NCBI GenBank assembly: GCA_016201015.1
Contig: JACQDQ010000194.1
Span: forward strand, 11,149 to 75,148
DNA: 64,000 bases
Direction of reading: 5' to 3'
Source of the DNA: Pseudomonadota bacterium
GTDB lineage: Bacteria; Pseudomonadota; Alphaproteobacteria; CACIAM-22H2
A program made the translations under genes and the position numbers. Below the pieces are notes generated by a model. It had not been told where the DNA came from, ran no database searches, and saw only the letters and a list, made by a program, of their open reading frames with translations. Each line of letters opens with the position of its first letter. The stretch's first letter is position 1. This document shows, in pieces, positions 32,390 to 43,126 of the stretch.

Positions 32390-33274
32390 ATGCGGATCGG
32401 ACGCCCTGGTTCAATGATGCGGCTCGCCGCGCCAATTAGGGCGCTGGCGCAGCGTTTCACGTTTCTCGGCCTCGTCGCGGTGTCGGCGGGGCTGATGGTG
32501 CTTGGCAAGGCCGAAGTGCCGCTGATCGAGCGGCTCCGCATGGCGGTCACGGACGCCTTCGTGCCGGTAATGGATGCGCTGTCGCGTCCGGCGGCGACGG
32601 TTGCGGATATCGGCGAGCGCATATCGCGACTGATCGATGTCAACGCGGAAAATGCGCGCCTCCGCGAGGAAAATGCACGGCTCTTGTACTGGCAGGCGGT
32701 GGCGCGCAAGCTTGACGCCGACAACCAGTCATTGCGAAACTTGTTGCGCTTCGCTCCGGACCCGGAGAAAAGCTTCATATCGGCGCGGATTGTCGCCGAT
32801 GCAGGTGGATCGTTCCTACGGTCCGTACTGATCAACGCCGGCTCGGCGAACGGCGTCGCCAAGGGCCAGACCGCGGTTTCCGGTGACGGGCTGGTCGGCC
32901 GCGTCGGCGAGGTTGGCATTCGCGCGGCGCGGATCCTGCTGCTCACGGACTTGAACAGCCAAGTGCCCGTGTTGCTCGAGGACAGTCGCGAACGCGCGGT
33001 GCTGGTGGGCGACAACTCGGACCGCCCGCGCCTCATGTTCCTGCCCGTTACGGTGAAACCCCAAGTCGGCGAGCGTGTCGTCACGTCGGGGCACGGCGGC
33101 GTGTTTCCACCCGGACTGCCTGTCGGCATTGTGGCGGCGGTTGGCGAAGGGCCGCCGCGCGTCAAGCCTTATGTCGAGTTCCACCGCCTCGACCATGTCC
33201 AGATCATCGATTATGGGCTGAACGGCATGCTGCCGGTCGGCGCGCCGCCACCCGCCCGACGCTCGGGGCGATGA
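32390..33274 (+). CDS. mreC: rod shape-determining protein MreC
   Basis: Position directly after mreB; coiled-coil N-terminus plus beta-rich C-domain. Confidence 0.85.
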   Translation: MRIGRPGSMMRLAAPIRALAQRFTFLGLVAVSAGLMVLGKAEVPLIERLRMAVTDAFVPVMDALSRPAATVADIGERISRLIDVNAENARLREENARLLYWQAVARKLDADNQSLRNLLRFAPDPEKSFISARIVADAGGSFLRSVLINAGSANGVAKGQTAVSGDGLVGRVGEVGIRAARILLLTDLNSQVPVLLEDSRERAVLVGDNSDRPRLMFLPVTVKPQVGERVVTSGHGGVFPPGLPVGIVAAVGEGPPRVKPYVEFHRLDHVQIIDYGLNGMLPVGAPPPARRSGR

Positions 33275-33786
33275 AGACCCTCGCGCTTCAGCGCTTCGAC
33301 GTCGCAATCCGGCGGGCGACGCCGTTCATGCTCACGCTGTTCGTCGTGCTGCTGAAATTCGTTCCTCTGCCCGTGCCGGACTACGGACTGATTGCGCCCG
33401 ATTTCGTGCTGATGGCGGTGTTCTATTGGACGGTTCACCGCGCCGACCTCATGCGCCCGGCCGTCGTCTTCGTCGTCGGGCTGTTGGATGATATTCTGTC
33501 CGGCGTGCCGCTGGGACTAAGCGCATTGACACTCTTGCTCGTCCATTGGACGATCGTGTCCCAGCATCGGGCCTTTCGCAGCCGGAGCTTCGCCATCATC
33601 TGGTGCGGCTTCGCCTTGATCGCCGTCGGTGTCCAGGTGCTTGTTACTGTGCTCGCGCTTGTGATTGGCGGTGCGCCGGTTCAGCCGATCGTATTCGCGG
33701 CCAAGTTGGCTATTACGGTCGGGCTCTATCCGGCTCTTGCCTGGGTCATGGGTTGCGCGCAGCGAGCCTTCCTGGTGGAGGCATAG
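33271..33786 (+). CDS. mreD: rod shape-determining protein MreD
   Basis: 171 aa polytopic membrane protein between mreC and mrdA. Confidence 0.75.
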   Translation: MKTLALQRFDVAIRRATPFMLTLFVVLLKFVPLPVPDYGLIAPDFVLMAVFYWTVHRADLMRPAVVFVVGLLDDILSGVPLGLSALTLLLVHWTIVSQHRAFRSRSFAIIWCGFALIAVGVQVLVTVLALVIGGAPVQPIVFAAKLAITVGLYPALAWVMGCAQRAFLVEA

Positions 33787-33793
33787 TGCGGAC

Positions 33794-35659
33794 ATGCAGC
33801 GTGAAAACCAGCGCGCGAAACTTTTCAGCCGCCGGGTCGCCCTGCTCACGGGTGGCCAGCTCGGGCTGCTCGGCGCACTGGTGGCCCGCATGTATTATCT
33901 GCAGGTTATCGAAAGCGAGCGTTACAAGGTGCTCGCCGAGGAGAATCGGATCAGCTTGCGCCTGCTGCCGCCGCCGCGCGGGCGCATCCTCGACCGCTTC
34001 GGGGAGCTCCTGGCAGTAAACCAACTCAACTATCGAGTGGTCGTCATCCCCGAGCAGACCGGCAGTGTGAGCGAGACATTGGACGTCTTGTCCAACATCT
34101 TACAGATCGGCGACGGCGACCGGCGGAGGATCACGCGCGACATTGTGCGCAAGCGCCGCTTTTTGCCGGTAACCGTACGTGAAAATCTGACTTGGGACGA
34201 GGTTTCGAGCATCTCCGTGAACGCGCCCGATCTGCCGGGCGTGATGATCGACGTCGGCTCAAGCCGCTTCTATCCGCAGGGTCCGGAGGTTTCCCACATC
34301 GTTGGCTACGTCGCGCCGCCGGCGGAAAGCGATTTGACCGGCGATCCGCTGCTCGAGCTCCCCGATTTCCGCATTGGCCGCAACGGCGTAGAGCGGGCCT
34401 ACGACCTTGCGCTGCGCGGCCGCGCGGGTAACAGCCAGGTCGAGGTCAACGCACTCGGCCGACCGATCCGCGAGCTCGCGCGCAACGAGGGCGAGCCGGG
34501 CAACGAGATGGTGCTTACGCTCGATCTTCACCTGCAGCGCTTCGCGATGAGCCGCTTAGCCGACCAGGAGAGCGGTGCGGCGGTGTTGATCGACATCCGC
34601 AATGGCGAGATTCTGGCGCTTGCCTCGACGCCGAGCTACGACGCGAACGATTTCAGCAAGGGAATCTCGGGACCCCAGTGGCGGGAGCTCACCACGAATC
34701 CATTGACCCCGCTGGCCAACAAGGCGATTGCCGGGCAATTTGCGCCCGGCTCGACGTTCAAGATTGCTGTCACGTTGGCGGCGCTTGAATCCGGGCTGGT
34801 CGGTCCCGACCTGCGGGTGCGCTGTCCCGGCGTTTACGCCCTTGGCGACGCGCGGTTCCATTGCTGGGAGAAGCACGGACACGGCAGCCTCGACATGATC
34901 GAGGGTATTTCGCGGTCTTGCGATGTGTATTTCTACGAGGTGGCGCGCCGCGTCGGCATCGACCGCATCGCGCAGATGGCCAAGCGCCTTGGCCTCGGGC
35001 AGACGCTTGGCATCGATCTGCCGGGCGAGCGCGCTGGCCTGATTCCGACGCGCGAATGGAAGCTCGCCACGACCGGCGTGTCGTGGCAGCAGGGCGAAAC
35101 GTTGGTCGCCGGCATTGGTCAGGGCTTTATAACGGCGACGCCGTTGCAGCTCGCAGTGATGACGGCGCGGGTGGCCAGTGGCGGGCTGGCTGTCGTGCCC
35201 CATCTCGCTCGCGATAAAGCGTCGGGCCAACGGCTCGGGCCGCGCCAGGAGCCGGATTTTCCGTCGATCGGGCTGTCGGCAAGCAGTCTCGCCATTCTCA
35301 CACGCGGCATGCGCGGCGTGGTCAACGATCCACGCGGCACGGCGTTCAAAGCGCGTATCCGCGATCCCTCGATGGCAATGGCCGGCAAGTCGGGCACCTC
35401 GCAGGTGCGGCGCATCTCCGCCGAGGAGCGCCGTACCGGCGTGCGCAAGGGAAATCAGGTGCCTTGGCGCGATCGGGATCACGCGCTGTTCGTTGCTTTC
35501 GCGCCGCTTGAGTCGCCGCGCTATGCCTGCGCCGTGGTCATCGAGCACGGCATCGGTGGTTCGGCCGTGGCGGCGCCGATCGTGCGCGACATTTTGCTTG
35601 AGGCGCAGCGCCGCGAACAGGAGCACCCCGAGCCGCTGCAGCGCGTCGCCAGCACCTAG
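33794..35659 (+). CDS. mrdA: penicillin-binding protein 2 (MrdA)
   Basis: Transpeptidase motifs SxxK (STFK), SxN and KSGT; the ORF-track ORF at 33665 is an upstream extension. Confidence 0.9.
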   Translation: MQRENQRAKLFSRRVALLTGGQLGLLGALVARMYYLQVIESERYKVLAEENRISLRLLPPPRGRILDRFGELLAVNQLNYRVVVIPEQTGSVSETLDVLSNILQIGDGDRRRITRDIVRKRRFLPVTVRENLTWDEVSSISVNAPDLPGVMIDVGSSRFYPQGPEVSHIVGYVAPPAESDLTGDPLLELPDFRIGRNGVERAYDLALRGRAGNSQVEVNALGRPIRELARNEGEPGNEMVLTLDLHLQRFAMSRLADQESGAAVLIDIRNGEILALASTPSYDANDFSKGISGPQWRELTTNPLTPLANKAIAGQFAPGSTFKIAVTLAALESGLVGPDLRVRCPGVYALGDARFHCWEKHGHGSLDMIEGISRSCDVYFYEVARRVGIDRIAQMAKRLGLGQTLGIDLPGERAGLIPTREWKLATTGVSWQQGETLVAGIGQGFITATPLQLAVMTARVASGGLAVVPHLARDKASGQRLGPRQEPDFPSIGLSASSLAILTRGMRGVVNDPRGTAFKARIRDPSMAMAGKSGTSQVRRISAEERRTGVRKGNQVPWRDRDHALFVAFAPLESPRYACAVVIEHGIGGSAVAAPIVRDILLEAQRREQEHPEPLQRVAST

Positions 35660-35668
35660 GGGCCGACG

Positions 35669-36820
35669 ATGCCGCTGTTATTTGCGACCCCGCGCGGCGA
35701 TTTGACGATCCTCGGCAAACTGCGCCAGGTCAATTGGGGCCTCATCCTCCTTATCGCCGTCGTCTCGTCGATCGGCTTCGCCATGCTCTACTCGGCCGCC
35801 GGTGGCCGCTGGGACCCTTGGGCCTCGCGGCAGATGTATCGCTTCGGGGTCGGCTTCGTTCTGCTGCTCGTTGTGGCGGTCGTCGACCTGCGCGTGTGGT
35901 ATCGCTTCGCCTACGCCCTCTATTTCGTCGCGCTAGTGCTGCTGGTGGCGGTCGAGGTAGCGGGACGCATCGGCATGGGCGCGCAGCGTTGGCTCGACGT
36001 CGGCTTCCTTCAGCTGCAACCTTCGGAGCTGATGAAGATCTCGTTGGTGCTCGTGCTGGCGCGCTGGTTCCATGGCCTGACGCTCGAAGACGTCGGGCGG
36101 CCCCTCAGTCTCGTGTGGCCGACGGTTCTGGTGCTGGCACCTGCCGTCCTGGTGGCGAAGCAGCCGGATCTAGGGTCGGCACTCCTTCTCTTGTTGATGT
36201 CGGCCATCGTCTATTTCGTCGCCGGAGTGCGGCTGTGGAAATTTGCCGCGATCGCGGCGACCGCCGGCGCGGTCATACCTCTCGCCTGGAATCACTTGCG
36301 CGACTATCAAAAGCAGCGGGTCTTGACCTTTCTCAATCCCGAAAATGACCCCTTGGGCTCCGGCTATCACATCATCCAGTCGAAAATCGCGCTCGGGTCG
36401 GGCGGCATGTGGGGCAAGGGATTTATGCAGGGGACGCAGAGCCATCTGCAATTCCTGCCGGAAAAGCAAACTGACTTTATCTTCACCATGCTTTCGGAGG
36501 AGTGGGGCTTCGTCGGCGGGCTGACGCTGATAGGATTGTACGTCCTCATTTTGCTCTACGGGGCCGCCATCTCGCTCAGGGCGCGCAGCCAGTTCGGGCG
36601 GCTGGTCGCGGTTGGTATCGTCTCCAGCTTCTACATCTACGCCTTCATCAACATAGCGATGGTGATGGGCATGCTGCCGGTGGTCGGCGAGCCGTTGCCA
36701 CTTGTTTCCTATGGCGGCACGGCGATGATGACGCTGCTCATCGGCTTCGGCATGCTGATCAACGTCTATGTGCACCGCGACCTGCAAATCGGTCGCCACG
36801 GGCAAACGCCCGAGGCTTGA
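35669..36820 (+). CDS. rodA: SEDS-family peptidoglycan polymerase RodA
   Basis: 383 aa, 10-TM SEDS protein following mrdA. Confidence 0.9.
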   Translation: MPLLFATPRGDLTILGKLRQVNWGLILLIAVVSSIGFAMLYSAAGGRWDPWASRQMYRFGVGFVLLLVVAVVDLRVWYRFAYALYFVALVLLVAVEVAGRIGMGAQRWLDVGFLQLQPSELMKISLVLVLARWFHGLTLEDVGRPLSLVWPTVLVLAPAVLVAKQPDLGSALLLLLMSAIVYFVAGVRLWKFAAIAATAGAVIPLAWNHLRDYQKQRVLTFLNPENDPLGSGYHIIQSKIALGSGGMWGKGFMQGTQSHLQFLPEKQTDFIFTMLSEEWGFVGGLTLIGLYVLILLYGAAISLRARSQFGRLVAVGIVSSFYIYAFINIAMVMGMLPVVGEPLPLVSYGGTAMMTLLIGFGMLINVYVHRDLQIGRHGQTPEA

Positions 36821-36898
36821 AGGCCGCCAGCCTCTATCGACAAACCGTCGGCGCTTTGCTATATCGCCGGCGCCGCCCGCCGGGTGCGGTCGGAATCC

Positions 36899-36974
36899 GG
36901 GCCATTAGCTCAATTGGTAGAGCAGCGGACTCTTAATCCGTTGGTTGGGGGTTCAAGTCCCTCATGGCCCACCA
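36899..36974 (+). tRNA. tRNA-Lys (anticodon CTT), CCA encoded
   Basis: Cloverleaf folded by hand: 7-bp acceptor stem GGGCCAT/ATGGCCC, D-arm GCTC..GAGC, anticodon loop CTCTTAA, T-arm GGGGGTTCAAGTCCCTC, 3' ACCA. Confidence 0.85.
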
Positions 36975-37410
36975 TTTGCGCGACACTCCACCAGCATCAC
37001 CGCCGTCGCTATTGGCGCCGTTTGCGCTGGCGGCGCATATGAATTGAGCTGAAACCCACGCTGGGCGAAGCGTCGACGGCTGGCGCGGCGTGCGGACGCT
37101 GGCGAATGAAATTGTCGCCTGCGGTGCCAAGTTACCGCAGGGCGTGTCGGTATGTGTTACAATGACTGTCAAAACTTCTTACACCGGCGCGACAGTAAGT
37201 GTTGATGATCTGAAATCTCAGCACCCAAATCATTGGACATGCACATATATGCCAATCGACATAGGAGTGGCACGGCCCTTGCTTTCCTTACAATCGGCCG
37301 GTGCGGCGATGGCCAACACGTCTCTCCCATTCGCTCGCCGCACTCGGACGTGCGCTGCGTCGGCGCAACGGTTCGTAGCCCCCCGCGCCTCTGGGGTTAC
37401 GGTAAACTCG

Positions 37411-37441
37411 GCGGTCCCAGCTCGGGACCGCCATCTTTTTT
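37411..37441 (+). terminator. orphan rho-independent terminator with no intact upstream CDS
   Basis: GCGGTCCCagctcGGGACCGCcatcttttttg. Confidence 0.5.
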
Positions 37442-37479
37442 GCGCGCGGCGGCATTGCGGCCGCCTATAACCGATCTCC

Positions 37480-37902
37480 ATGGCCGCCACGCAGCAGGCC
37501 GGGACCGCGCCGATTGCCGTCATCGGCGCCGGCGTCGTCGGAACCGCCATCGCGCTGATGCGGCGTGCCGGAGGATTGCGGGTATCCGGGACGATGGAGC
37601 TCGCCGGGCTCGCCGCTCCGCCCGATCCATGGCGGCATGCCATGCTGCTCACGTTGGCGCAGCGCCTTCTGCCCGCGCTTGGTAATGGGGCGGCAAAGCC
37701 ACGGATGAGCCATCGGCCGTCGAACCCGGACTCGCTGCCGGTGATTGCGCGATCGCCGCTTTTTGCGAACGCGTATCTTGCTTTCGGGCACGGACATCTC
37801 GGGCTGACGCTCGGCGCGATCACCGCACGGCTCATCGCGGAGCTGATCGAGGGTGCCGCGCCGGCGCTCGATCTCGCGCCATTTCGGCCAGAGCGGTTCT
37901 GA
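37480..37902 (+). pseudogene. internally deleted FAD-dependent oxidoreductase (D-amino-acid dehydrogenase-like) remnant
   Basis: FAD-binding N-terminus IAVIGAGVVGTAIAL joined after ~40 aa to a DadA-like C-terminus (PVIARSPLFANAYLAFGHGHLGLTLGAITARLIAELIEG). About 280 central codons are missing. Confidence 0.55.
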
Positions 37903-37934
37903 TCTTCGCTCTTGCACTTCGGCAGATTACGTCG

Positions 37935-38522
37935 TCAGGCGATCGCGTACTCGGCTGCGGCATCGACGAGCCAGGCCCACAAATACCTGGCGAAGCTCGG
38001 CGCGACATAGAGATCGTAGGTCGGCGTCTCGTCGATCTGATGCAGGATGATTTGCGCGCGGGCTAGCTGGCTCTGTGCGCAACGGCCGGGGACAAATTCG
38101 CGCGGGTGCAGGTCGAGCGGGCAACCCTTCATCAGGATGTCGCGCGCGCTGGGTCCGGCCAATCGAATCACCGTGCGCCCGTCGCTAACATCCGTGACGG
38201 CGGCGTGCTGTCCGACGAGTGCACGGCACAGCCGCTCGGCGATGTCGGCCTCGCGCTCGGGCGTTGTCGTCACCATCCACTCGCGCGGCCCCAGCCACAG
38301 GGCGGCGAGATCGCCGTCCACGGCGACAGTATTGGCGGTCGTCGGCAATGCGAAACCGAGAACGGCACGGGAGACATCGAGGAATTCGCGCGTGTCGGCC
38401 GAACCGCGGAGGATCAGTTTGCCGACAAAGGGCCGTTCCTCGAATCGCACGGTCGCGAAGATACCGCGCGGTGGCCACGAGGCGGCGTCGAGCGGGCTCC
38501 CCCATTGCGTCCGATCAGCCAT
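37935..38522 (-). CDS. soxG: sarcosine oxidase gamma subunit
   Basis: 195 aa, positioned after soxA; GcvT-like small-subunit features. Confidence 0.85.
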   Translation of the reverse strand: MADRTQWGSPLDAASWPPRGIFATVRFEERPFVGKLILRGSADTREFLDVSRAVLGFALPTTANTVAVDGDLAALWLGPREWMVTTTPEREADIAERLCRALVGQHAAVTDVSDGRTVIRLAGPSARDILMKGCPLDLHPREFVPGRCAQSQLARAQIILHQIDETPTYDLYVAPSFARYLWAWLVDAAAEYAIA

Positions 38523-41520
38523 TGGCCCGCGCTCCGTCCCGATCGTAAAAGCAGGACTCCGCCACCTCGACCTTCACCGTCTTGCCGAGCAGCGGCACGC
38601 ACAGCGTCTCGCCGTGCCGCGCGCGGCCGCCGACGATGAGAGCAAGTGCGATCGACCGCCCCAGCGTCGGGCTGAAATAGCTCGACGTGACATGGCCGAT
38701 CATCGGCATCGGCGGTTCTGGACGCCGCTCGACGACGATCTGCGCACCTTCCGGCAACACCTCGTTCGGATCTTCTGTGAGCAGGCCGACGAGCTGCTTG
38801 CGGTCGGACCGTTGCGTGTCTGGACGCAACAACGCGCGCTTGCCGATGAAGTCCTTGGTCTTGGAGACAAGGCGGTCGAGACCGAGATCGAGCGGCGTCA
38901 CCGTCCCGTCGGTCTCCTGGCCGACGATGATGAAGCCCTTCTCGGCACGCAGCACATGCATGGCTTCCGTGCCATAAGGCGTGATGCCGAACGGCGCCCC
39001 AGCCGCAATTAGCGCTTCCCACAACGCCCCGCCGCAGCGGGCAGGCACGTTCACCTCATAGGATAGCTCGCCGGTGAAGCTCACGCGAAAGACACGTGCC
39101 GGCATGCCGGCCACCGCGCCCTGGCGCATGCTCTGGGACGGAAACGCAGTCGGTGCAAGATCGAGGTCGGTGCCGGCGGCCGCCAGCACGTCGCGGGCGC
39201 GCGGGCCGGAGAGCGTCGCGACGGCCCATTGTTCCGTCACCGACGCCATGTAGACGCGCAGGTCGGGCCATTCCGTCTGTACCCATTCTTCCAGCCAGCC
39301 AAGCACCCGCGCTGCGTTGCCGGTGGTCGTCGTCATGTGGAAATGGTCGGGCGCCAGCCGCGTGGTGACGCCGTCATCGATCACCATGCCGTCATCTTTG
39401 AGCATGAGGCCGTAGCGGCAGCGCGCGGCCTCGAGCGTGGTCCAGCCATTGGTGTAGATGCGATTGAGCAATGTGACGGCGTCCGGTCCCTGGATGTCGA
39501 TCTTGCCCAGCGTCGAGGCATCGAGTATGCCGACCGCCGTGCGTGCGGCCGTCACCTCGCGATCAACGGCTGCGCGCATCGTCTCGCCGGCGCGCGGATA
39601 AAAGTGGGGGCGCTTCCACTGCCCAACGTCCTCGAAGATGGCGCCGTTCGCCACGTGCCAGTCGTGCATCGGGGTAACGCGAATGGGATCCGCGAGGGCG
39701 TCGATGTCGCGACCGGTTAGCGCGCCGAAGCTGACCGGCGTATAGGGCGGCCGGAAGGTCGTCGTGCCGAGCGACGGCAGATCGGCGGCGAGAACATCCG
39801 AAAGAACGCCGAGCGCAGGGATGTTGCCGAGTTTGCCCTGGTCGGTGCCCATACCGGACGTCGTATAGCGCTTGACGTGCTCGACTGAACGATAGCCTTC
39901 GCGCGCGGCTAGCTGGATGTCGGCGACGGTGACGTCGTTCTGGAAGTCGACGAAGTGCTTGCTCGTCGTTCCCGCACGATCTGAGGGGACGGCCCACAGA
40001 ATGCGCGGTGGCGTCGCAGTCGGTTCCGGCGCCGGCGGTGCCGCGGCGGCTGCCACTTCGACAAAGCCAGCGGCGCGGGCGGCGGCGGTGCCGGCGGTGA
40101 AACCCTGGCGCAGGCACTCGGCGAGCGTCCAAGCGCCGTTGCAGATGCCGGCGACATGCGTCGCTTGTGCCGCGCGGCTTGGCACAAAGCAGCCATGCGT
40201 GCTGTCATAGGCGAGCGTGCCGCGCGACTGCGAGAAGAGATGCACGGCCGGGGTCCAACCGCCGGACATGCAGACAACGTCGCAGTCGCGGTACTTGACG
40301 GGGCCAGCCACGCCGGTTCCATCTGGTGTCAGCCGCATGACTTCGACGCCCTTGACGCGATGCCGGCCGCTGGTCGCGACGATCGCCGAGCCGCCGATCA
40401 CCTCGACGCCATGCGCGCGTACCGCGTCGGCAAGCTCGCCCTGCGGCTCGGCACGGATATCGATGAGCGTCGTCACCGGCCCGCCGGCCTCGATGAGATC
40501 GAGCGCCGCGGCATAGGCGCTGTCGTTGTTGGTGAAAACGACGGTGCGGCGGCCCGGCACGGCGGCGTAGCGGTGGGCGTAGGCGCGCGCGGCACCGGCA
40601 AGCATGATGCCCGGCCGATCGTTATCGCGGAAGATGAGCGGCCGCTCGATCGCCCCGGTCGCCAGCACCACCTGCCGCGCCCGCACCTTCCACAGCCGCT
40701 GCCGCGGCTCACGCTCCCCCGGATTGGCCAGATGGTCGGCCACGCGCTCGACGATCGCCAGATAATTGTGGTCGTAGTAGCCGAACACGGTCGCGCGGCG
40801 CAGCAGCTTCGCCTCAGCCATCCAGTCGAGCTCGGCAGTCGCGCGCGCGACCCAGTCGAGCGCCGGGCGCCCGTCGATTTCGGCACTGCCGCTAAGCAAA
40901 GAGCCACCGAATTCGACCTGCTCATCCGCCAGAATTACGCGCGCGCCAGTGCGGCCGGCGGCGAGCGCCGCCGCCAATCCTGCCGGCCCGGCGCCAACCA
41001 CCAGTACATCGCAATGTACGAGGCGCTTGTCGTAACGGTCGGAATCGCGTTCTTCGGGGGCAGTGCCGAGGCCAGCCATGCGGCGGATGGCGTGCTCGTA
41101 CTGCATCCATGCGGACGGCGGCCACATGAAGGTCTTGTAGTAGAAGCCGGCGGGCAGGAAACGGGCTAGCCGGTCGTTGATCGCGCCAAGATCGAACCGC
41201 AGGCTCGGCCAGCAGTTCTGACTGGTGGCGATGAGGCCGTCGTATAGCTCGCACTGCGTGGCGCGTAGATTGGGTTCGCTGCGCGCACCGACGCCGAGTT
41301 GGACGAGCGCGTTCGGTTCCTCGACGCCGGCGGTGACGATGCCGCGCGGCCGGTGATACTTGAAACTGCGGCCGACAAGATGAATGCCGTTGGCAAGGAG
41401 CGCAGCGGCGAGGGTATCGCCGGCATAACCGCTGTAGGCGCGCCCATTGAAGATGAAGCGATGGGGGCGGGCGCGGTCGATGCGTCCGCCGCGCGGCAGA
41501 CGGAACGGCTGGGTGCTCAC
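38515..41520 (-). CDS. soxA: sarcosine oxidase alpha subunit
   Basis: 1001 aa. N-terminal FAD/NAD regions followed by a C-terminal GcvT-like folate-binding domain. Confidence 0.9.
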   Translation of the reverse strand: MSTQPFRLPRGGRIDRARPHRFIFNGRAYSGYAGDTLAAALLANGIHLVGRSFKYHRPRGIVTAGVEEPNALVQLGVGARSEPNLRATQCELYDGLIATSQNCWPSLRFDLGAINDRLARFLPAGFYYKTFMWPPSAWMQYEHAIRRMAGLGTAPEERDSDRYDKRLVHCDVLVVGAGPAGLAAALAAGRTGARVILADEQVEFGGSLLSGSAEIDGRPALDWVARATAELDWMAEAKLLRRATVFGYYDHNYLAIVERVADHLANPGEREPRQRLWKVRARQVVLATGAIERPLIFRDNDRPGIMLAGAARAYAHRYAAVPGRRTVVFTNNDSAYAAALDLIEAGGPVTTLIDIRAEPQGELADAVRAHGVEVIGGSAIVATSGRHRVKGVEVMRLTPDGTGVAGPVKYRDCDVVCMSGGWTPAVHLFSQSRGTLAYDSTHGCFVPSRAAQATHVAGICNGAWTLAECLRQGFTAGTAAARAAGFVEVAAAAAPPAPEPTATPPRILWAVPSDRAGTTSKHFVDFQNDVTVADIQLAAREGYRSVEHVKRYTTSGMGTDQGKLGNIPALGVLSDVLAADLPSLGTTTFRPPYTPVSFGALTGRDIDALADPIRVTPMHDWHVANGAIFEDVGQWKRPHFYPRAGETMRAAVDREVTAARTAVGILDASTLGKIDIQGPDAVTLLNRIYTNGWTTLEAARCRYGLMLKDDGMVIDDGVTTRLAPDHFHMTTTTGNAARVLGWLEEWVQTEWPDLRVYMASVTEQWAVATLSGPRARDVLAAAGTDLDLAPTAFPSQSMRQGAVAGMPARVFRVSFTGELSYEVNVPARCGGALWEALIAAGAPFGITPYGTEAMHVLRAEKGFIIVGQETDGTVTPLDLGLDRLVSKTKDFIGKRALLRPDTQRSDRKQLVGLLTEDPNEVLPEGAQIVVERRPEPPMPMIGHVTSSYFSPTLGRSIALALIVGGRARHGETLCVPLLGKTVKVEVAESCFYDRDGARANG

Positions 41521-41798
41521 CGGGGCGTCTCCGGTGGAGGCTCACCCATACGATAGACGGTAACAATCTGATGAGTGACGGTGTCGCGTTCGACGTTGAA
41601 CCACTGGCGACAGCCGCGGGCGTGCATCCAGCGTTCGCGGTGGCGGCCCTTCGGATTCTTGCGCATGAAGAGAAAATCTGCCCAGTCGGCATCGGTCGTC
41701 GTTGCTGGGTTTTGCGGTCGCGCAATATGTGCCTCGCCGCCGTAAGCGAATTCCGTCTCGTCGCGCGGGCCGCAATAGGGGCAGGGGATGCGCAGCAT
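41517..41798 (-). CDS. soxD: sarcosine oxidase delta subunit
   Basis: MLRIPCPYCGPRDETEFAYGGEAHIARP, a typical SoxD start; 93 aa. Confidence 0.9.
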   Translation of the reverse strand: MLRIPCPYCGPRDETEFAYGGEAHIARPQNPATTTDADWADFLFMRKNPKGRHRERWMHARGCRQWFNVERDTVTHQIVTVYRMGEPPPETPR

Positions 41799-41799
41799 G

Positions 41800-43050
41800 T
41801 CAGTGGGCCACGGCGGCAGCGCCGTGCTCGTCGATCAGGCTGCCATTGGCGAAGCGATCGAGCGCGTAGGGCGCGTTCAGCGGATGTGGCTCGTCGCGTG
41901 CGATCGTGTGGGCGAAGACGTGACCGGAGCCCGGCGTCGCTTTGAAGCCTCCGGTACCCCACCCGCAGTTGAAGTAGAGGCCTCGGATCGGTGTCTTGCC
42001 GATGATCGGGGAAGCATCGGGGCAGACATCGACGATACCGCCCCAGCTGCGCATCATCTTGAGGCGGCTGAAGATCGGGAACAGCGTCACCGTCGACGCC
42101 ATGATCTCCTCGATCACCGACAGGCTGCCGCGCTGGGCATAGGACGTATAAGCGTCGATGCCGGCGCCCAGGACCAGCTCGCCCTTGTCGGACTGACTGA
42201 CATAGACATGCACGGCGGCCGACATCACGACCGTATGTAGGATTGGCTTGATCGGCTCGGAAACGAGCGCCTGCAGTGGATGGCTTTCGATGGGCAGGCG
42301 CAGGCCCGCCATTGCCGCCAGCACGCTCGAATGGCCGGCGGTGACGCACGCGACCTTCGGCGCAGCCATGAATCCACGCGTCGTTTCGACGCCGAGCACG
42401 CGGTCGCCGTCGCGCCGGATGCCGGTGACTTCGCAGTTCTGGATGATGTCGATGCCACGCGCATCTGCGGCACGGGCGAAGCCCCAGGCGACCGCGTCAT
42501 GGCGCGCCACGCCGCCGCGCCGCTGCAGGCTGGCGCCCAGCACCGGATAGCGGCTGTCCGGCGAGCAGTTGAGGATCGGCACCATCTCCTTGACCTGCTC
42601 GACGTTAAGGATTTCGGAGTCGATGCCGTTCAGGCGAATCGCGCTGACGCGCCGCTGCAGCTCGCGCAGGTCGTGCAGATTGTGCGCGAGGTTGAGCACG
42701 CCGCGCTGACTGAACATGACATTGAAATTGAGATCTTGGCTCAAACCTTCCCACAGTTTGAGCGAATGCTCGTAGAGACGGGCACTCTCGTCCCAAAGGT
42801 AGTTGGAGCGGACGATCGTGGTGTTGCGGCCGGTATTGCCGCCGCCGAGCCAGCCCTTTTCGAGCACGGCCACGTTGGTGATGCCGTGCTCCTTGGCAAG
42901 ATAATAGGCTGTCGCGAGCCCGTGCCCGCCGCCGCCGACGATGATCACATCGTAGGCCGGCTTCGGTTCCGGGCTACGCCACGCCGCCTGCCAGTTCTGG
43001 TGATAGCTCAGTGCATTGCGCAGCAAGCTGAAGATCGAATAGCTCTTCAT
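41800..43050 (-). CDS. soxB: sarcosine oxidase beta subunit
   Basis: [14 protein letters not shown]...[19 protein letters not shown]. Start placed at the conserved MKSYS methionine; the ORF track extends to 43080. Confidence 0.9.
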   Translation of the reverse strand: MKSYSIFSLLRNALSYHQNWQAAWRSPEPKPAYDVIIVGGGGHGLATAYYLAKEHGITNVAVLEKGWLGGGNTGRNTTIVRSNYLWDESARLYEHSLKLWEGLSQDLNFNVMFSQRGVLNLAHNLHDLRELQRRVSAIRLNGIDSEILNVEQVKEMVPILNCSPDSRYPVLGASLQRRGGVARHDAVAWGFARAADARGIDIIQNCEVTGIRRDGDRVLGVETTRGFMAAPKVACVTAGHSSVLAAMAGLRLPIESHPLQALVSEPIKPILHTVVMSAAVHVYVSQSDKGELVLGAGIDAYTSYAQRGSLSVIEEIMASTVTLFPIFSRLKMMRSWGGIVDVCPDASPIIGKTPIRGLYFNCGWGTGGFKATPGSGHVFAHTIARDEPHPLNAPYALDRFANGSLIDEHGAAAVAH

Positions 43051-43126
43051 GCGCGCGGATATTTGCAGGCCGCTTGCCACAATTCAAGTTGCAACAACGT
43101 CAGGTGTATGAATAGTCGGTACGCAT

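Noticed and set aside
36821-36898. Sigma70-like promoter (cgacaa-16 nt-tatatc) upstream of tRNA-Lys
   Set aside because: The match is weak and cannot be supported beyond pattern resemblance; not reported as a feature.
37090-37470. 126-aa + strand ORF downstream of tRNA-Lys
   Set aside because: It reads straight through a strong rho-independent terminator and has poor coding character.
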